Part shown: positions 38,552-51,400 of the stretch, piece after piece
Position numbering within the stretch: position 1 is the first letter of the stretch
Layout of the letters: the number at the start of each line of letters is the position of its first letter
Source of the DNA: Chara braunii
Lineage: Eukaryota > Plantae > Charophyceae
DNA length: 64,000 bases
Direction: 5' to 3'
Assembly (NCBI GenBank): GCA_003427395.1
Contig: BFEA01000026.1
Location: 198,948 to 262,947 of the forward strand
Translations under genes and position numbers: made by a program
The notes under the pieces: model-generated
Databases searched by the model: none
What the model was told of the DNA's origin: nothing
Seen by the model: the letters and a program-made list of their open reading frames with translations, nothing else

Positions 38552-41500
38552 CACAGCCACTGCCTGCCAAGACTCCAGCCACATGCACCTACCAGGCTTT
38601 GTCGGAATGTGGGCTTGACAAGAAATGTGGTGGTCTTCCACATATCTAGATTGTTATGAACAGAATAAGTCTTTCCCTACGGATCCACACGGAATAACAT
38701 AAATCAATTGCACACCACACACATCAAAACCCCTCAGCCGGGAACCCCAATCAACATGCTGGCATTTCATATCAAGATGGTCAGATGGCATACATCTGCC
38801 GATGTTGGCATGCAGAAAGGGGCATGAAAATGAACCATGAGAAAGATGAAGAATGGAAGACATTCCGTACGAGTTTGCGGAGAGGAGGGTGTCACCAAGG
38901 AAAGGTGAAACCTGGATAAGGAAGGAGCCACGACAGCAGGATATTCCCGCGGAAGGTGAAAGCAAGTGCACATACATGTTGGTTCTCCATCTGGCAGCTG
39001 TTAGAGGAGGGGGCTAGGTCAATCCACAAGGAGAAAAGTGACTGCTTCTCTATGAAGGATCCAACCAGGCCCAAACGGTCTCAGAAGTATCACAACAGCC
39101 TTGCCTTGCGTTCCATCATAGTGAACAACAACAGGCTGAAGAACACCTTAACTTTACCTGTTTCCATGCAAACAGTGAGATAGGAAGCTCTTTACCCAAA
39201 CTCTTGCATTGTCGCTCACCTCTGCTCACAAAGTTTCTCACAATTGCACTAACTCTATAAATCGCAGGCAGGTACTCACAGCTGCATTCCTCCCGATGAT
39301 CATCTGCAGGTCTCTCTCTCTGAAACCAAGAATCCATGTCAGACCCAAAGCTCTGCTGTATGTTGCTCCCTTCTTCCACAAGTTCTATGACCTAACAGTT
39401 CACAGATTGGCATCAAAACTCGAGCTGCCAGCTTGGGCCAGGGGAAGTGGGTTACATATTTCATGCGCTCACCTCGGCGTTTTCTTTCCAGCTCCGGATT
39501 TGCAGTACTGCTGGATTCCAGGGAACCGAACGTCTCGTCATTAGCTTCATCATACACAGTTATCGGCTCCTGAGAGAGACAATACCACGAAAGCTAGAGT
39601 CAATAACTAGTGACAAGAAGCGCAATGTCATTCCAACAGAACCATTTCCATCTCTCAATCACCCTTGAGGACCCGGCAGAGTGTTCATACGATACAAACA
39701 CACGATGAAGACGGAAAAAGGGTCTCTTTGGGCATATTTCCGAAGGCAAGGGTACAGAAGTCAACCATTCATGAGCACTCACATCCAGCTCTTGCATCAG
39801 GCTCCAGTGAGCAGATGTGGATGAGTCCAAAAGGAATCAAACAATACCCAAACCACTGCACAAAACTCTTTCCTAAACGCTAGTCTTGATTACATCTGGA
39901 GCATGAATTGCATGATGAATCTATGGTGCAGTGAGAACCCACAATAACATTCGCCAACGGGGAGCCCCTTTGCACAGGCAGAAAGCTTCAACAAGACAAC
40001 CGTGGATCCGAAGGGTAAACTAAGGAGGGGAAACCAACCGGTTTTGTAACTCTCAGAATGCCATTGAAAAACGGACATGTTGCCGCAGCCCAAGCAGCTG
40101 ATTTAATGAAGCAAATATTATTGTCAATCACAATCTCAAGGAAAACGTATTTCAGCCATAGTGGGAAACTTTGACAGAGATGCTGATGAGACAGAGATGC
40201 CGATGAAAGCAGATATATAAGAGCTTTTTTTTGGGGGGGGAAAGAAGATATGTAGGAGCTTTTCATGCATAGCACACACTAAGTTTCATTTTTCCTTTTT
40301 TTTAATAAAGAAGGGCGATGGCCTTGAGATATCATATCATCGAAATGACCAGCCCCATGAAAAATTAAGAATTATTGCAGTCTAATCATCTGATGGCATT
40401 TGGATTCGAATTTGCATCTGTATCTCAACAGTTTAGTGGTGTATACCAACTGGGTGCTACTACTACAGTTCGTCCCACGATAAGTTTCCTTAGACATGCC
40501 CATCATGAATATTGCTAGTTTCTTAGGCATACCTTGCAGGGATATGAGAAGGTCTAGACATCCATCCCCCAAAACGGGTTCCACATAACATTCCACTATC
40601 TTTGGCAGCATTGGGTTTCCTCTCATCACAAATACTTGCAATACAAAACAAGGAACTTCGCTTAATTTCCCGTCACTCTTTTCGCTCATACCACACTTCC
40701 TGACCCTTCCATTTCAACACCCTTTAACTTTCAGACAGTTTGGTGTTTTCCGAACCGTCCGCACGGCCATGGACCCTGACCGCCAAACTTTTGTGGCATA
40801 CCCACCGATCGGGAGGGGATTGAAATTATGCATTTTTCATCATGATAGTGCAACAAATGAAGGGTCTTAAACATCCCTTCCGATAAATGGTTATGTTTCA
40901 ATGAAAGCGAACGACTCTTAGACCACAATTCGAGTATGTGCTGACGGAAAGACCAGTGTTCATCAAACCTTTATTGGGGTTGGGCGAACTGGCTGGTATC
41001 GATCTCCTGGTGCACCTCTCCCTGCCCCGAATCGGAATTCACCACGGCCCCGGCCTGCTCCACCACCACCTAGCAAACCGTCTGAATGCTGCTCCCCAGC
41101 ACCCCATCCAGGCCTTAAAGATACACCTCCCTGGTTGAACCCTCTCCTATCGAGGACAATATTTTCCCCTGCACAAACACACATCACATGGAAGAACATA
41201 CCCAGCAATCAAATTCAAATGCAAAGCAGACTCTCAACAAAATGACAACCATCATTGTTGAAAACCATTCTCATTGTCGTGCCATATGTCAAGGAACATC
41301 TTCACTTCTATGAGAGGCTGAACGGAGTGAGAAAATGGACAACACAGCAAAGCGAAGAAGTGACCTACCGGACTCCCCCATGAGTACCAACCAACAAACA
41401 TGCGCGGTGTAAGCCCTATGCGCAGCCACAGCCTACCAATTACTCCAACTAGACAAACATCAGACAATGAGGGTCCATGAGGAGGAAACGGGATAGAAAA

Positions 41501-44500
41501 AGAGGCATAGACAGACAAACAGACGGATAAATAGCCGAGAGAGGTAAAGGGTTTTTAGGTTTCAAGAGGATGCAGAGGCATATACAATACAACGTACAAC
41601 AAGATACGGAGTCGTATACGTCATTGAATATGCTTCTAGTTTCATGCTGTGTGAGGCTCCAGGCCTCAGCGGGCAGTTCCAGGCACTCAGCAAGAAGACC
41701 ACAGGCACTCAGCAAGAAGACCAGGCCTCCATATGTGAAGGTCGGCCTGTGATTTCCACGTCAGCCCCAAATGAAGGCCGGAGAGGCCTCAGGCTGGTTG
41801 GCAGGAGCCAAACTCAGCAACTACCTGGTAGGGCCAGTCCGCAAGTGAGTTGCTAAGGCTGGGACCTGTCCACTGGTCGACTATGCCTGAGGCACTGCCT
41901 ATTGGGACAGGGCAGAGCCTGGATGCAGCCTCTTCTCCATCAAAAAAGTCTAGAGGCCTCGCAGCCTTACGAAATCGGGCCATAGGCTGCAAGCCTGAGC
42001 GCTGCTGCGCTGGAGGAGGGATGTCGCCCGAGGGAAGAAGAGCAGCTGTGGTGGCTGTAGCACGTATAGCTGGGTGCAGGAAGTCTGAGTGGTGAAGTGT
42101 GCGGAGGTCAGGGACAAAGGAAGGCAGTGGAGACTGGTGGCTCTTACCTGGAGTTCATGAAGGAAGCCTGTATGAGCGAATCTTCAAGCAGCATTGCGCG
42201 ACAGACACAGTGGAGTGAAAGTCGGCTTGTAGATAGGCTAGCATGGTATAGGTAGTAGGAAGTAGATAATAGCACGGTCACACCGCAAGTAGGGCCCCTA
42301 CACCATTCTTCTTTTGATGATTAGAGGCGGATGATGGGCCTTCTTTATCAAGAGACTGCAGCGGAGTTTGCTCTTAGCTGGTGTGCGTTGCGCTTTGGTT
42401 TTCTGCTTTCAACTCGGCTCAATCATGTTTGGTCTTCTGTGAGATTGCACGATCTGGTTTATTGGTGTTCTCATTACATGGTTCCTCGCAGCTGTGGCTG
42501 CGTGTAGGGAATAGCAGACGAAACTCAGTATAATGACAATCAACTGAAACACCCTAAAACCACTCAGGCTGCCGACAGTTTCACTAGAGAAAAAACGTGA
42601 TAAAAGATGGCAAGACTAGGGAGAGAGAAGCCAAGTCCAACCGTATGAAGCAGACAAACAGAAAGCCATACAAAGGTACAAGGACGTACGACGAGGAAGG
42701 ATGAAGAAAGGTGAAAAACATTCATAACTTTGACATCTTTGCCAGGCGAGAGAGCTTACCTGAAGCATCATCAAGTTCCACAGGCGGATCGCGAGGCTGC
42801 TGTGGCTGACGAGCAAATCCTCTCCCTTCTCCAGTAGGACCGGGGCGATGTTCCCAGCGCCCTCCACCTGTTCCAGGTCCAGGACCAGAGCGCTGACCAG
42901 GCCCTGATCCAAACCTATCAAAGCCGCCCCGGTGTCCTTTATCCCAGCCTCCAGCACCACTTCCACCTGGTCCAATGCGCGATGGAGGATGGCTGACTGG
43001 AAAGGGAGGACCTCCTCCCCCCCCCGCTCCAGGGTCATCCTCGAATCCTCTCCGTCGAACGCCCCCAATTCCTGGTCCTCCTTGCGGTGTCTGATCTGGC
43101 AAAATTCCACTCCCTCCCCCCGCCGCTTGTCCTGATCTCCATGAATCCTTCCTCCACTCTGGAACTGATTCCGATGCCGGTCTTCCATCGCTGCACGGAC
43201 ACCATATTCAACAGGAAAGTTCCATTGAAGACACAGAATCATTCAGCCAAGGAACACAGGATAACACAAACACTACACTATATACAAGTGATGGCTTTAA
43301 TAGCACCACGCGGTCACATCAACCAATCAGTAAGCCAACCAACCTCGTAAAAAAGAAGAACAAATCAAGGAGCAGACAAACATAACAGAACAGACAGGCT
43401 ATAACGAAAGACATCAAAAGAAAACACACCCGAAAAAAGCGACCTGCACTGGACTGAAGTTTCACAACATCGACTGGCCCCACCAATAACCCAAAAGGAC
43501 AAAAAAAAACACCAAACCGCAATCAACACTGCCATCGGTTATATGGAAACGATCGTGGCAGCAGAAACATTACACGCTCCTCTCTCAAACCACTGCTACC
43601 GGTTACAACCCCTGTTTAGGAGGCTTGCCCTTCTCCAGTTGGTCAATCGGATGGACAGTCCAATGGCAGTAGCGTATTCTTTCAGTGTGAAGGGGATTAG
43701 CCCCTCATTTTCCGGAAGCCAACAATGGCACTAGTTTGAAACCAAGATCGCAGTCATCTCTGCAATTCTCAATCAAGAACATTCCCATTTGCCAAGAAGT
43801 CTCGTTCAGTCCGATACAGGCCAAGACACAAGACAGCATCATCACCCCCTTCATTCAATCACAACAGAGCCCCTACCCAATGTATTCAAATTGCAACAGC
43901 CCTTACCATACCAATAAACAGCAGGATGGGAATATGCGGTCAAGCACCCCCTCACTGTCCCTTGGTAGATGCATACCCCCTCGCCCCTTTCATCAATCCT
44001 TCCATCAATCCCACCCGCTACAGAAACGACAAACATGATGAGATCATCAGGTTCGTGCCACGATTTGTTCCACGACTTGCTCGCATCTAAGATGGGAGGG
44101 AGGGGAACACCTCCCTTCCACCAATCCTCCCTTCTGTGAACCCCACCCGCTACAGAAAACGACAAACATGATGAGATCATCGGGCCGGCCTGCTTATGCA
44201 GACCCCTTGTAGTCGACGAGGGGGACGTTCCGGGCGTGAGTTTTGGGCCCTTGTACTCGAGTTACTACAGACACTGTGCACATGCTTTCGGTGATTTCTG
44301 GTTTGCATAGGAGGGGCGAGTCATCTCCAGATGGTCAACATAAAATTTTTGCGGTGCCGTTCGGGCCTCAAGTCGTCTCCCTCCGAGGGCTTTCCCAATA
44401 GCTCACTTGTTGCTGGCGGCGGTCACAGCTGTTCCAAGATTCGCTCGAAAGGGCTTGCCACCATTTAAGATGGAAGGAAGGGGACACCTCACATGATAGA

Positions 44501-47500
44501 ATTTGGTTCAAACTTGACTGATGCCCGGTGCCTCAAAAAAAGATGAACTTCTCATTGTCTTAAAACAGTTCAATTCACCCCAAGTACAACCTGTTTTCAA
44601 CTTCACCCCAAATACATCCGTGGGCATTATATTATGTGTGGCTGGCTGACTGTAGACCTTCCCTCACCTCAAGGACTCTCATGATGTAGCTGTGTATTAT
44701 TATGCTAGGAAGGTATCTCGGAGGTTATGCAATCGAAGGAGAAATAGCAGACAGACCGATTCAGAATCTTCTCCCTATGTTCGAGGTTACACGATCGAAG
44801 GAGAAACGGCATGGCTACGATCCGGTCGTCCGGACAGCAGTGCAGCCAGTCTGGGTCTGGATGTCCGGGTATGTTGTCCAGCCCCTCTGTCCGGATCCTG
44901 CCCCCCCCCCCCCCCTCTTTTAAAACAGTTCCGACTTTTGAAAAAATCAGAAAAAAAACAGAAAAAAAAACAGAAAAAAGATATGTTATGCAACATTGCA
45001 GTACAAAAATCTTTTGGCTGAAGACCATCTCGAAATTCCAAGCCAAATCCAAGGAAAAAAATAAAAGCGTTCTTTTTTTTTTATATATTTTTTTCAATCC
45101 GGATGGTCCGGAGCAGTCCAGACAGAGGTCCGGCCGGACGTCTGGACTGGTCCAGTGTACGGGTCCAGCGCACCCATGAGAAAAAGCACAGACCGATTCC
45201 GAACCTTCTCCCTACGTACGTTGAGCCACAGGCTCATAAGAGCTTGCGCAGGATCTGACTGACTGACCCTCTTCGCTGCCTGTTAGAAACAGTGTGTGAA
45301 CCACACTTCCTGAAATGTTCCCACTCTGGTGAGCCTGGCTACTCGCGACATACTTGCACCCCAGTTTGAACCTTTACGATAAAATGGGTGCATCAGTGAA
45401 ATAGGCTCCGGTCAATTCAAGCACTTCCTTATTCGACAGAACATAACTCACTATTACTCACTATTATCTAGACTGTACTTGGACAAGAAGTCCGTACACA
45501 TTCACTGCATTTGGCCAGGATAGAGCCTGTTTGCATTCACTTATTTGGCCGGCATTGAGCCTGTATACATTCATGACGATAGGGAGTTGTATTTGGGAGA
45601 TTAAGGTAGTTTGACTCCTCTACTATAAAAGGCAGCATCAGACCAGACAAAACACGGTCGTCTTGTAAGAATCAACCTCTCTAAACACCATAAGGCAAAA
45701 TTGAGTCCTTTGGGACTTCCATTAAAATTGGAACGATACGGAGAAGATTGGCATGGCCCCTGCGCAAGGATGACACTCATAAATCGAGAAATGGTCCAAA
45801 TTAAAACCAAAGAAAAAGGGCATAGCCAAAATCAAGGAGATGGTAAAGCAGTATGGATGGGTGAAACACACGAGTTCAGTAATTCTTGAAGAGGATCACG
45901 AAGTTCGATGATTACTTCGTTCCCACGAAAAAAAAATTTAAAAAAAACTCAATCACGAATATATCCGAGCATCTTTCCAGCCCAGTGCGGCCCCAATACA
46001 GACGCGTTGTGTTCAGGGGAAGTGGATAGAATCTTAGCAGATTACTTCAAATGACATTCTCGTATAATACTATCTCTTCACGAAAGAAGCTTGACATGTG
46101 TCAAAGGAATCTCTACATCTGTCTTTCTGCCTTCCTGCACAACATTCCAGCGAGGACAAGACAGACAACACACTGCAGCAGGAAATTAACTTTAATTAAG
46201 GACTATTCGATTCCGATAACATATACCACCACGGTAAGAGAATTAGACTCCATCTAGCTAAATTGGCATGATACTTGGTAAAGAGCCCCAGGCCTGTCAC
46301 AAATTCACTGCACAAAGGAGAGAACAGGTTTGAACTTTAAAGAGCAGGGATCGAGGATGACGAGCTGTGTGTGTGAGAGAGAGAGAAAGAGGGGGGTGGG
46401 ATATCCAGGGAGATCCGGAGTTGAGTGCGTGTGAACAGTTGGGTGAACACACTGTCGGACAGAGGATGTGCGGCGCTCAAGCGTCATAGCTGGTTGGAAG
46501 CTAGTTTGTATCTGAACTTTGTTCTCGGTGTGATTATCTCTGAGCTTTGTGTGGGGGCCCAGCACCAGTGTGGAATGCCATTTGTTTGTATGCATGCGAA
46601 GTGAAGAAGAAATCGAATCTGATTTCAGGGGAAACAAAAGCGGACAAAGTAAAGCAAGGTCCATTATTTTCCTCTTCATGGCAATTCTTCAACGCTTTGT
46701 GAACCCGTGAAGAGCCCCTACTACCAAGGTCATCAGGTGAGAGATAAGGACTGAAAATCTAAAACAGAGAAAAACGGGACACAGAGAATCGGCTAGAAAA
46801 TGTAGCATTCAAAGAGAAAGAACTTCAAAGAAGATTCTCCTCCATATTTTACCTTCATCTCCCCCACTCCCATGATCTACCATCACTCAGCCTAGGGGGG
46901 TTAATTTCAAAAAAAGACCAAAGAGAAGAGAGAGAGGGAGAGGGGCGGGGGGCATTTGGATACAAAGGTAATTGTCATACTTCTCTCGATCGCATCGAAT
47001 TCCACGCTGTGCAACCCAGTGTGATCCACCACTGTGGAAAGAGGCCAGAGAGAGAGAGAGAGAGAGGAGCATTCGGATAGAACGGTGATTCTCATAATTC
47101 TCTAGATCAAAGTGAGAGAGAGAGAGAGGAGCATTCAGACAGAAGGGCGATTGTCATACTTGTCTCGATCGCGTCGAATTCCGCGCTGTGCAACCCAGTG
47201 GGATCCACCGCTACCAGAACCACCAGCCGCACCCGGTCCACTTCCACCTCCCGCACCTCCTGCTGCTCCTCCTCCCGTTATTCCTGCTGCTGTTGATCCG
47301 CTGCCGGTCCCATTGTCAATAATCTCAGGCGATGGTGAATCCCTGCCAAAGAAGAAAGGCACGCGTGGACCACACCCACATATACAGTAGTGCCAGTCAG
47401 TTGAGATCGTTGCATGACTAACTACAGATTCCGAAAGGCTCAAGAAATTTTGAAGTACAGGTGTAATATTTTCTAGCATACAGAAAACTTCACTCAATTC

Positions 47501-48369
47501 CCTGTGGGACAAGGAGCACTCCAGAGAAGCAAGTTCATTGTGCTCCCTCCCAGAGGACCACCAGTCTTCCCAGGAATAAAACGTACAGTCCTTACAATCT
47601 ACAGAAATCTATAGATCAAAGATGCACCGAATACGACTATTAATGACCATGCGTTCCATTCAGAGAAAGTCCGTTAACAGCGACCAAAACTTTGCCATGC
47701 CCGAGTGATTCAAACATCCAACAAAAACAAAAACAAAGAATCGAACATACGCTCCTCCCTCGCTTCCTGACGAGTCAAACGTTTCTTTGCAGCTGAAAAG
47801 GACAAAATACACGAACTCAGCAAACTGATTAAAAAATAAAATAAAATAGAAGATCGGTCTAAAATACCAAATACAATAACACCATCCATTCATCCAAAAG
47901 CTTCCACTATTTTCTTTTGTTCCTTTTTTTAAGAAAAAGGAAGAAAGATGACAAAGCCGGATCCAAGCTTCCACACTCTTGCACGAGATGCTACTGCCTT
48001 CCCCCTAACACAATGTGCCCCAATCATGTGTATACAAGCAAAATTCCTGCAGCGAAACAGTCATGTAATGCCTTCCCCCTTGCACAATGCGCCCCAAGCA
48101 CGTGTATACAAGCCACATTCCTGGAGCAATACAGTCATGACGAGGGCGTGCTGTGTTCAGGGGAAGATTCTTGTCAAATTACCCCAATCATGTGTATACA
48201 AGCCATATTCATGGACCGATACAGTCATGACGAGGGTATGCTGTGTTCGTGGGAAGATGGCTGTCAAATTCTTCCCCAGGTTCAGGCCATGGGTTCCCAA
48301 CAGTTTCCCCCACCTTTGCGACCAGGAAAGGCTGTCAAAAAAACAGGAATCAAGGGGCTTAATTTGCTT

Positions 48370-48417
<48 letters not shown>

Positions 48418-48453
48418 CAGGACAAAAGAGACTGGCTTAGCCAGGAAAAGAGA

Positions 48454-48498
<45 letters not shown>

Positions 48499-51400
48499 TC
48501 TAGGCAGGAAAAAAAGGGGATTGCTTAGCCAGGCAATGAGGGTTCGGGAGGAAACGGGAGGGAGGGTAGATAATCTCTTTGCGAGCTTGCTTAAAGAGTG
48601 CACTCACCTCCAGATAACGGGATCGAGGCCCTCTGGACGTGTTTTGCAGGCATCGAGTTCCGCGAAGGAGAGGAGAACTTCACGCGAATAGCAAAATGTT
48701 ACTCTGCCACATCGAATTTAAGTCAAGGACTGGTTTCGTTTGTATTCCTTTTTTGGTGGCCCTCCTCAAAAGAGCGCTTAAATTCTTAGCTTTTCCTCGT
48801 ACTCGCGATCTTTTCACATTCACTTGCCCGTTCAATACGATATCATCCAGTCGATCATTCACTCGGTCATGCATTCGACCACGAGTTCATGGAAACGTCC
48901 ATAGACATTCCACCGCACACTTCACTGGAAAATGCCGCTCCAGTGAGCTAAACAACGCATCTCTGCATCACTCCCTCCCCCCCTTAAAGACCCCACGCGG
49001 GTGGGAGCCACACAGCCAGGGCCCCCCAATTCATTAGCCAATCACCGAGCCACCACACAGCCAGTGCTCCCCAATTCATGAGCCAATCACCGAGCCACCA
49101 CACAGCCAGGGGCCCCCAATTCATTAGCCAATCACCGCGCCACCACACAGACAGGGTCCCTCAGTCACTAACCAAACCCCACCTTAGGTGCCCCCCCCTT
49201 TCCTTACCCACCAACCATGCCCGCAATATACACATACTCACCCGACTCTTTCTTGCCCTACACTGTAAATGCGACAAAGAACCACGCAAAGAAATGGAAA
49301 AGAAATGGATGATCTTATCAGAAAATACATGATGCGTATTGTCATACATATCTATCTATGCATATGTACACACACACACACACACACACCCACACACATA
49401 TATAAATAATATCGTCATACAGAGCTGCCCGGTCAGCCGTTGGCAAAGGACAAGTAACGGGGTACATACTAGCCAAGACAACGTCAACAAAAGTAAACAT
49501 AAGAACGCAAAAAAGTAGAAAAGACACGTGGGTACGATGAGAGAGAAGGAGAGACGAGAGATGCTATACCAAAGACTCTCTCGACGGATTCTCTGTGCTC
49601 ACACTCATCAGGGGGAAGAGAGAGGGGAGAGAGAAGGAGAGATGGTAAGCCGAAGACTTTCTTGTCGGACTCTGTGCTCACACTCATCCGGGGGAAGAGA
49701 CAGGGGAGAGAGAAGGAGAGATGGTAAGCCGAAGACTTTCTTGTCGGATTCTCTGTGCTCACACTCATCAGGGGCAAGGTCCCAGCCGTTACCCCGTCGA
49801 TTTTCACACGACGGAAATGCATAACCAAGGTCAATGGGTGCGCTCCACTTTACACTAAGTGCTTTGCCTAATCCGCTACCTGGTTTCAAAAAAAAAAAAA
49901 AACAGAAGGGGAAAAGGAGAAGAAAAGAAAGAGTAGATATAGGAGGAGACTTGAAAAATAATAATAATAATAATAATAATAAAATGAAACTGGTTTCCCT
50001 TGCTTGACCAGAGTTAAAAGGAGAGTGAAAAAAACACGCCCGTAGCGATCAGGGCTGCTAGAGGGATTAACGTCTTTTAACGACTTCCCCCGGGAACAAC
50101 GCACCTTTTTTTTTTTTTTTGGAGAGAACCGAAAACTAAAAGTAGAGAAACAGTCGCCATCACGGCAGCTCCCGTCTTCACCTGAATAGAACGCCCGGTC
50201 GTTACAGTTCGGTCATTAGCTATCAAAGCTGCTACCGTCTTCAACCGAATAGAACGCCCGGTCATTACATCCGTATTTGGTACTACCTTCAGTATAGGTA
50301 CACAGCGATGATGACCTAGCGTTATATTCGGTTGAAGACCGTCGGGGCGCATCTCCAAATCTATAAATTCGTAAATTTCAAATTTGTAAAATTGTAAACG
50401 TCTGTTAAAAATAGATACGAAAAATATTGAAGTAGTCCGCTGTGACAATATTAATCAAACAATTCCAACATACATCATACCCCTACAAAGCCAGGGAGAT
50501 CAACCTCGCTGACTTTTTTTTTTTTTTTTTTTTTTGAAAGACTAATCTGGAAGCCGGTGAAAAATTCACGTAAGCTGCTTCCGTGTGCTCAGCCCACGGT
50601 ATTCTTTAGTAAAAGGCGAAAGAATAGTACGCCACTGAGCTGGGCACTAACCTCGCTGACTTCTTTTTTAAAGATTCCATACCTGGACATCTCTCCTAAA
50701 AAAAAACATACGCATAATTCTCTTTAATAACATATCAATAATTATCTTGAAAACATATGGATAATCGCATAATTCTCTTTAAAAACATATCAATAATTAT
50801 CTTGAAAACATATGGATAATTCTCGTTAAAACATATTTTTAGTACTATACTAACTATAGTATGTTGGTCTCTGATATTGCCCGAGGTAAACAAACTCTCA
50901 ACATATCAATAATTATCTTGAAAACATATGGATAATTCTCGTTAAAACATATTTTTAGTACTATACCTGTCTCTTATACACATCTAGATGTGTATAAGAG
51001 ACAGGTACTATACTAACTATAGTATGTTGGTCTCTGATATTGCCCGAGGTAAACAAACTCTCTATGTAGTCAGCGACATTAAACCACCAGTACATCAGAA
51101 AAAGAGGAGATTGAGCCGCCCCTATAAAAAAAAAAAATAAAAAAAAAATAGGAGGACAATTTTAACCTATGATCAGGTAAGCCAGAGACCCTGTAGACTC
51201 TACGAGTCCTATATATTAGCCCAAGGGGAAAATAAGGGCTGGAAGACATTGAGAAATCGTGCTTAGGTAATCCAGAGTCTCTAGTCCTCTACACTACATG
51301 GGTGAAAAGGAGGGGAAGACCAACGGGCCTAGCTCAGTTTGTACACCCCTGAAATGATGAAATTCAGACTCAAGTTGAATCCAGATACCTTCAGATGAAG

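Noticed and set aside
40183-40215. CTGATGA...GAAA hammerhead-like spacing
   Set aside because: Stem II does not pair, and there is no stem III or cleavage triplet.
45624-45630. TATA box upstream of the U6 copy
   Set aside because: About 80 bp upstream rather than about 30, with no USE; the copy's catalytic motifs are mutated.
49540-49773. CRISPR-like repeat periodicity
   Set aside because: Whole units are repeated without unique spacers; eukaryotic context and no cas genes.
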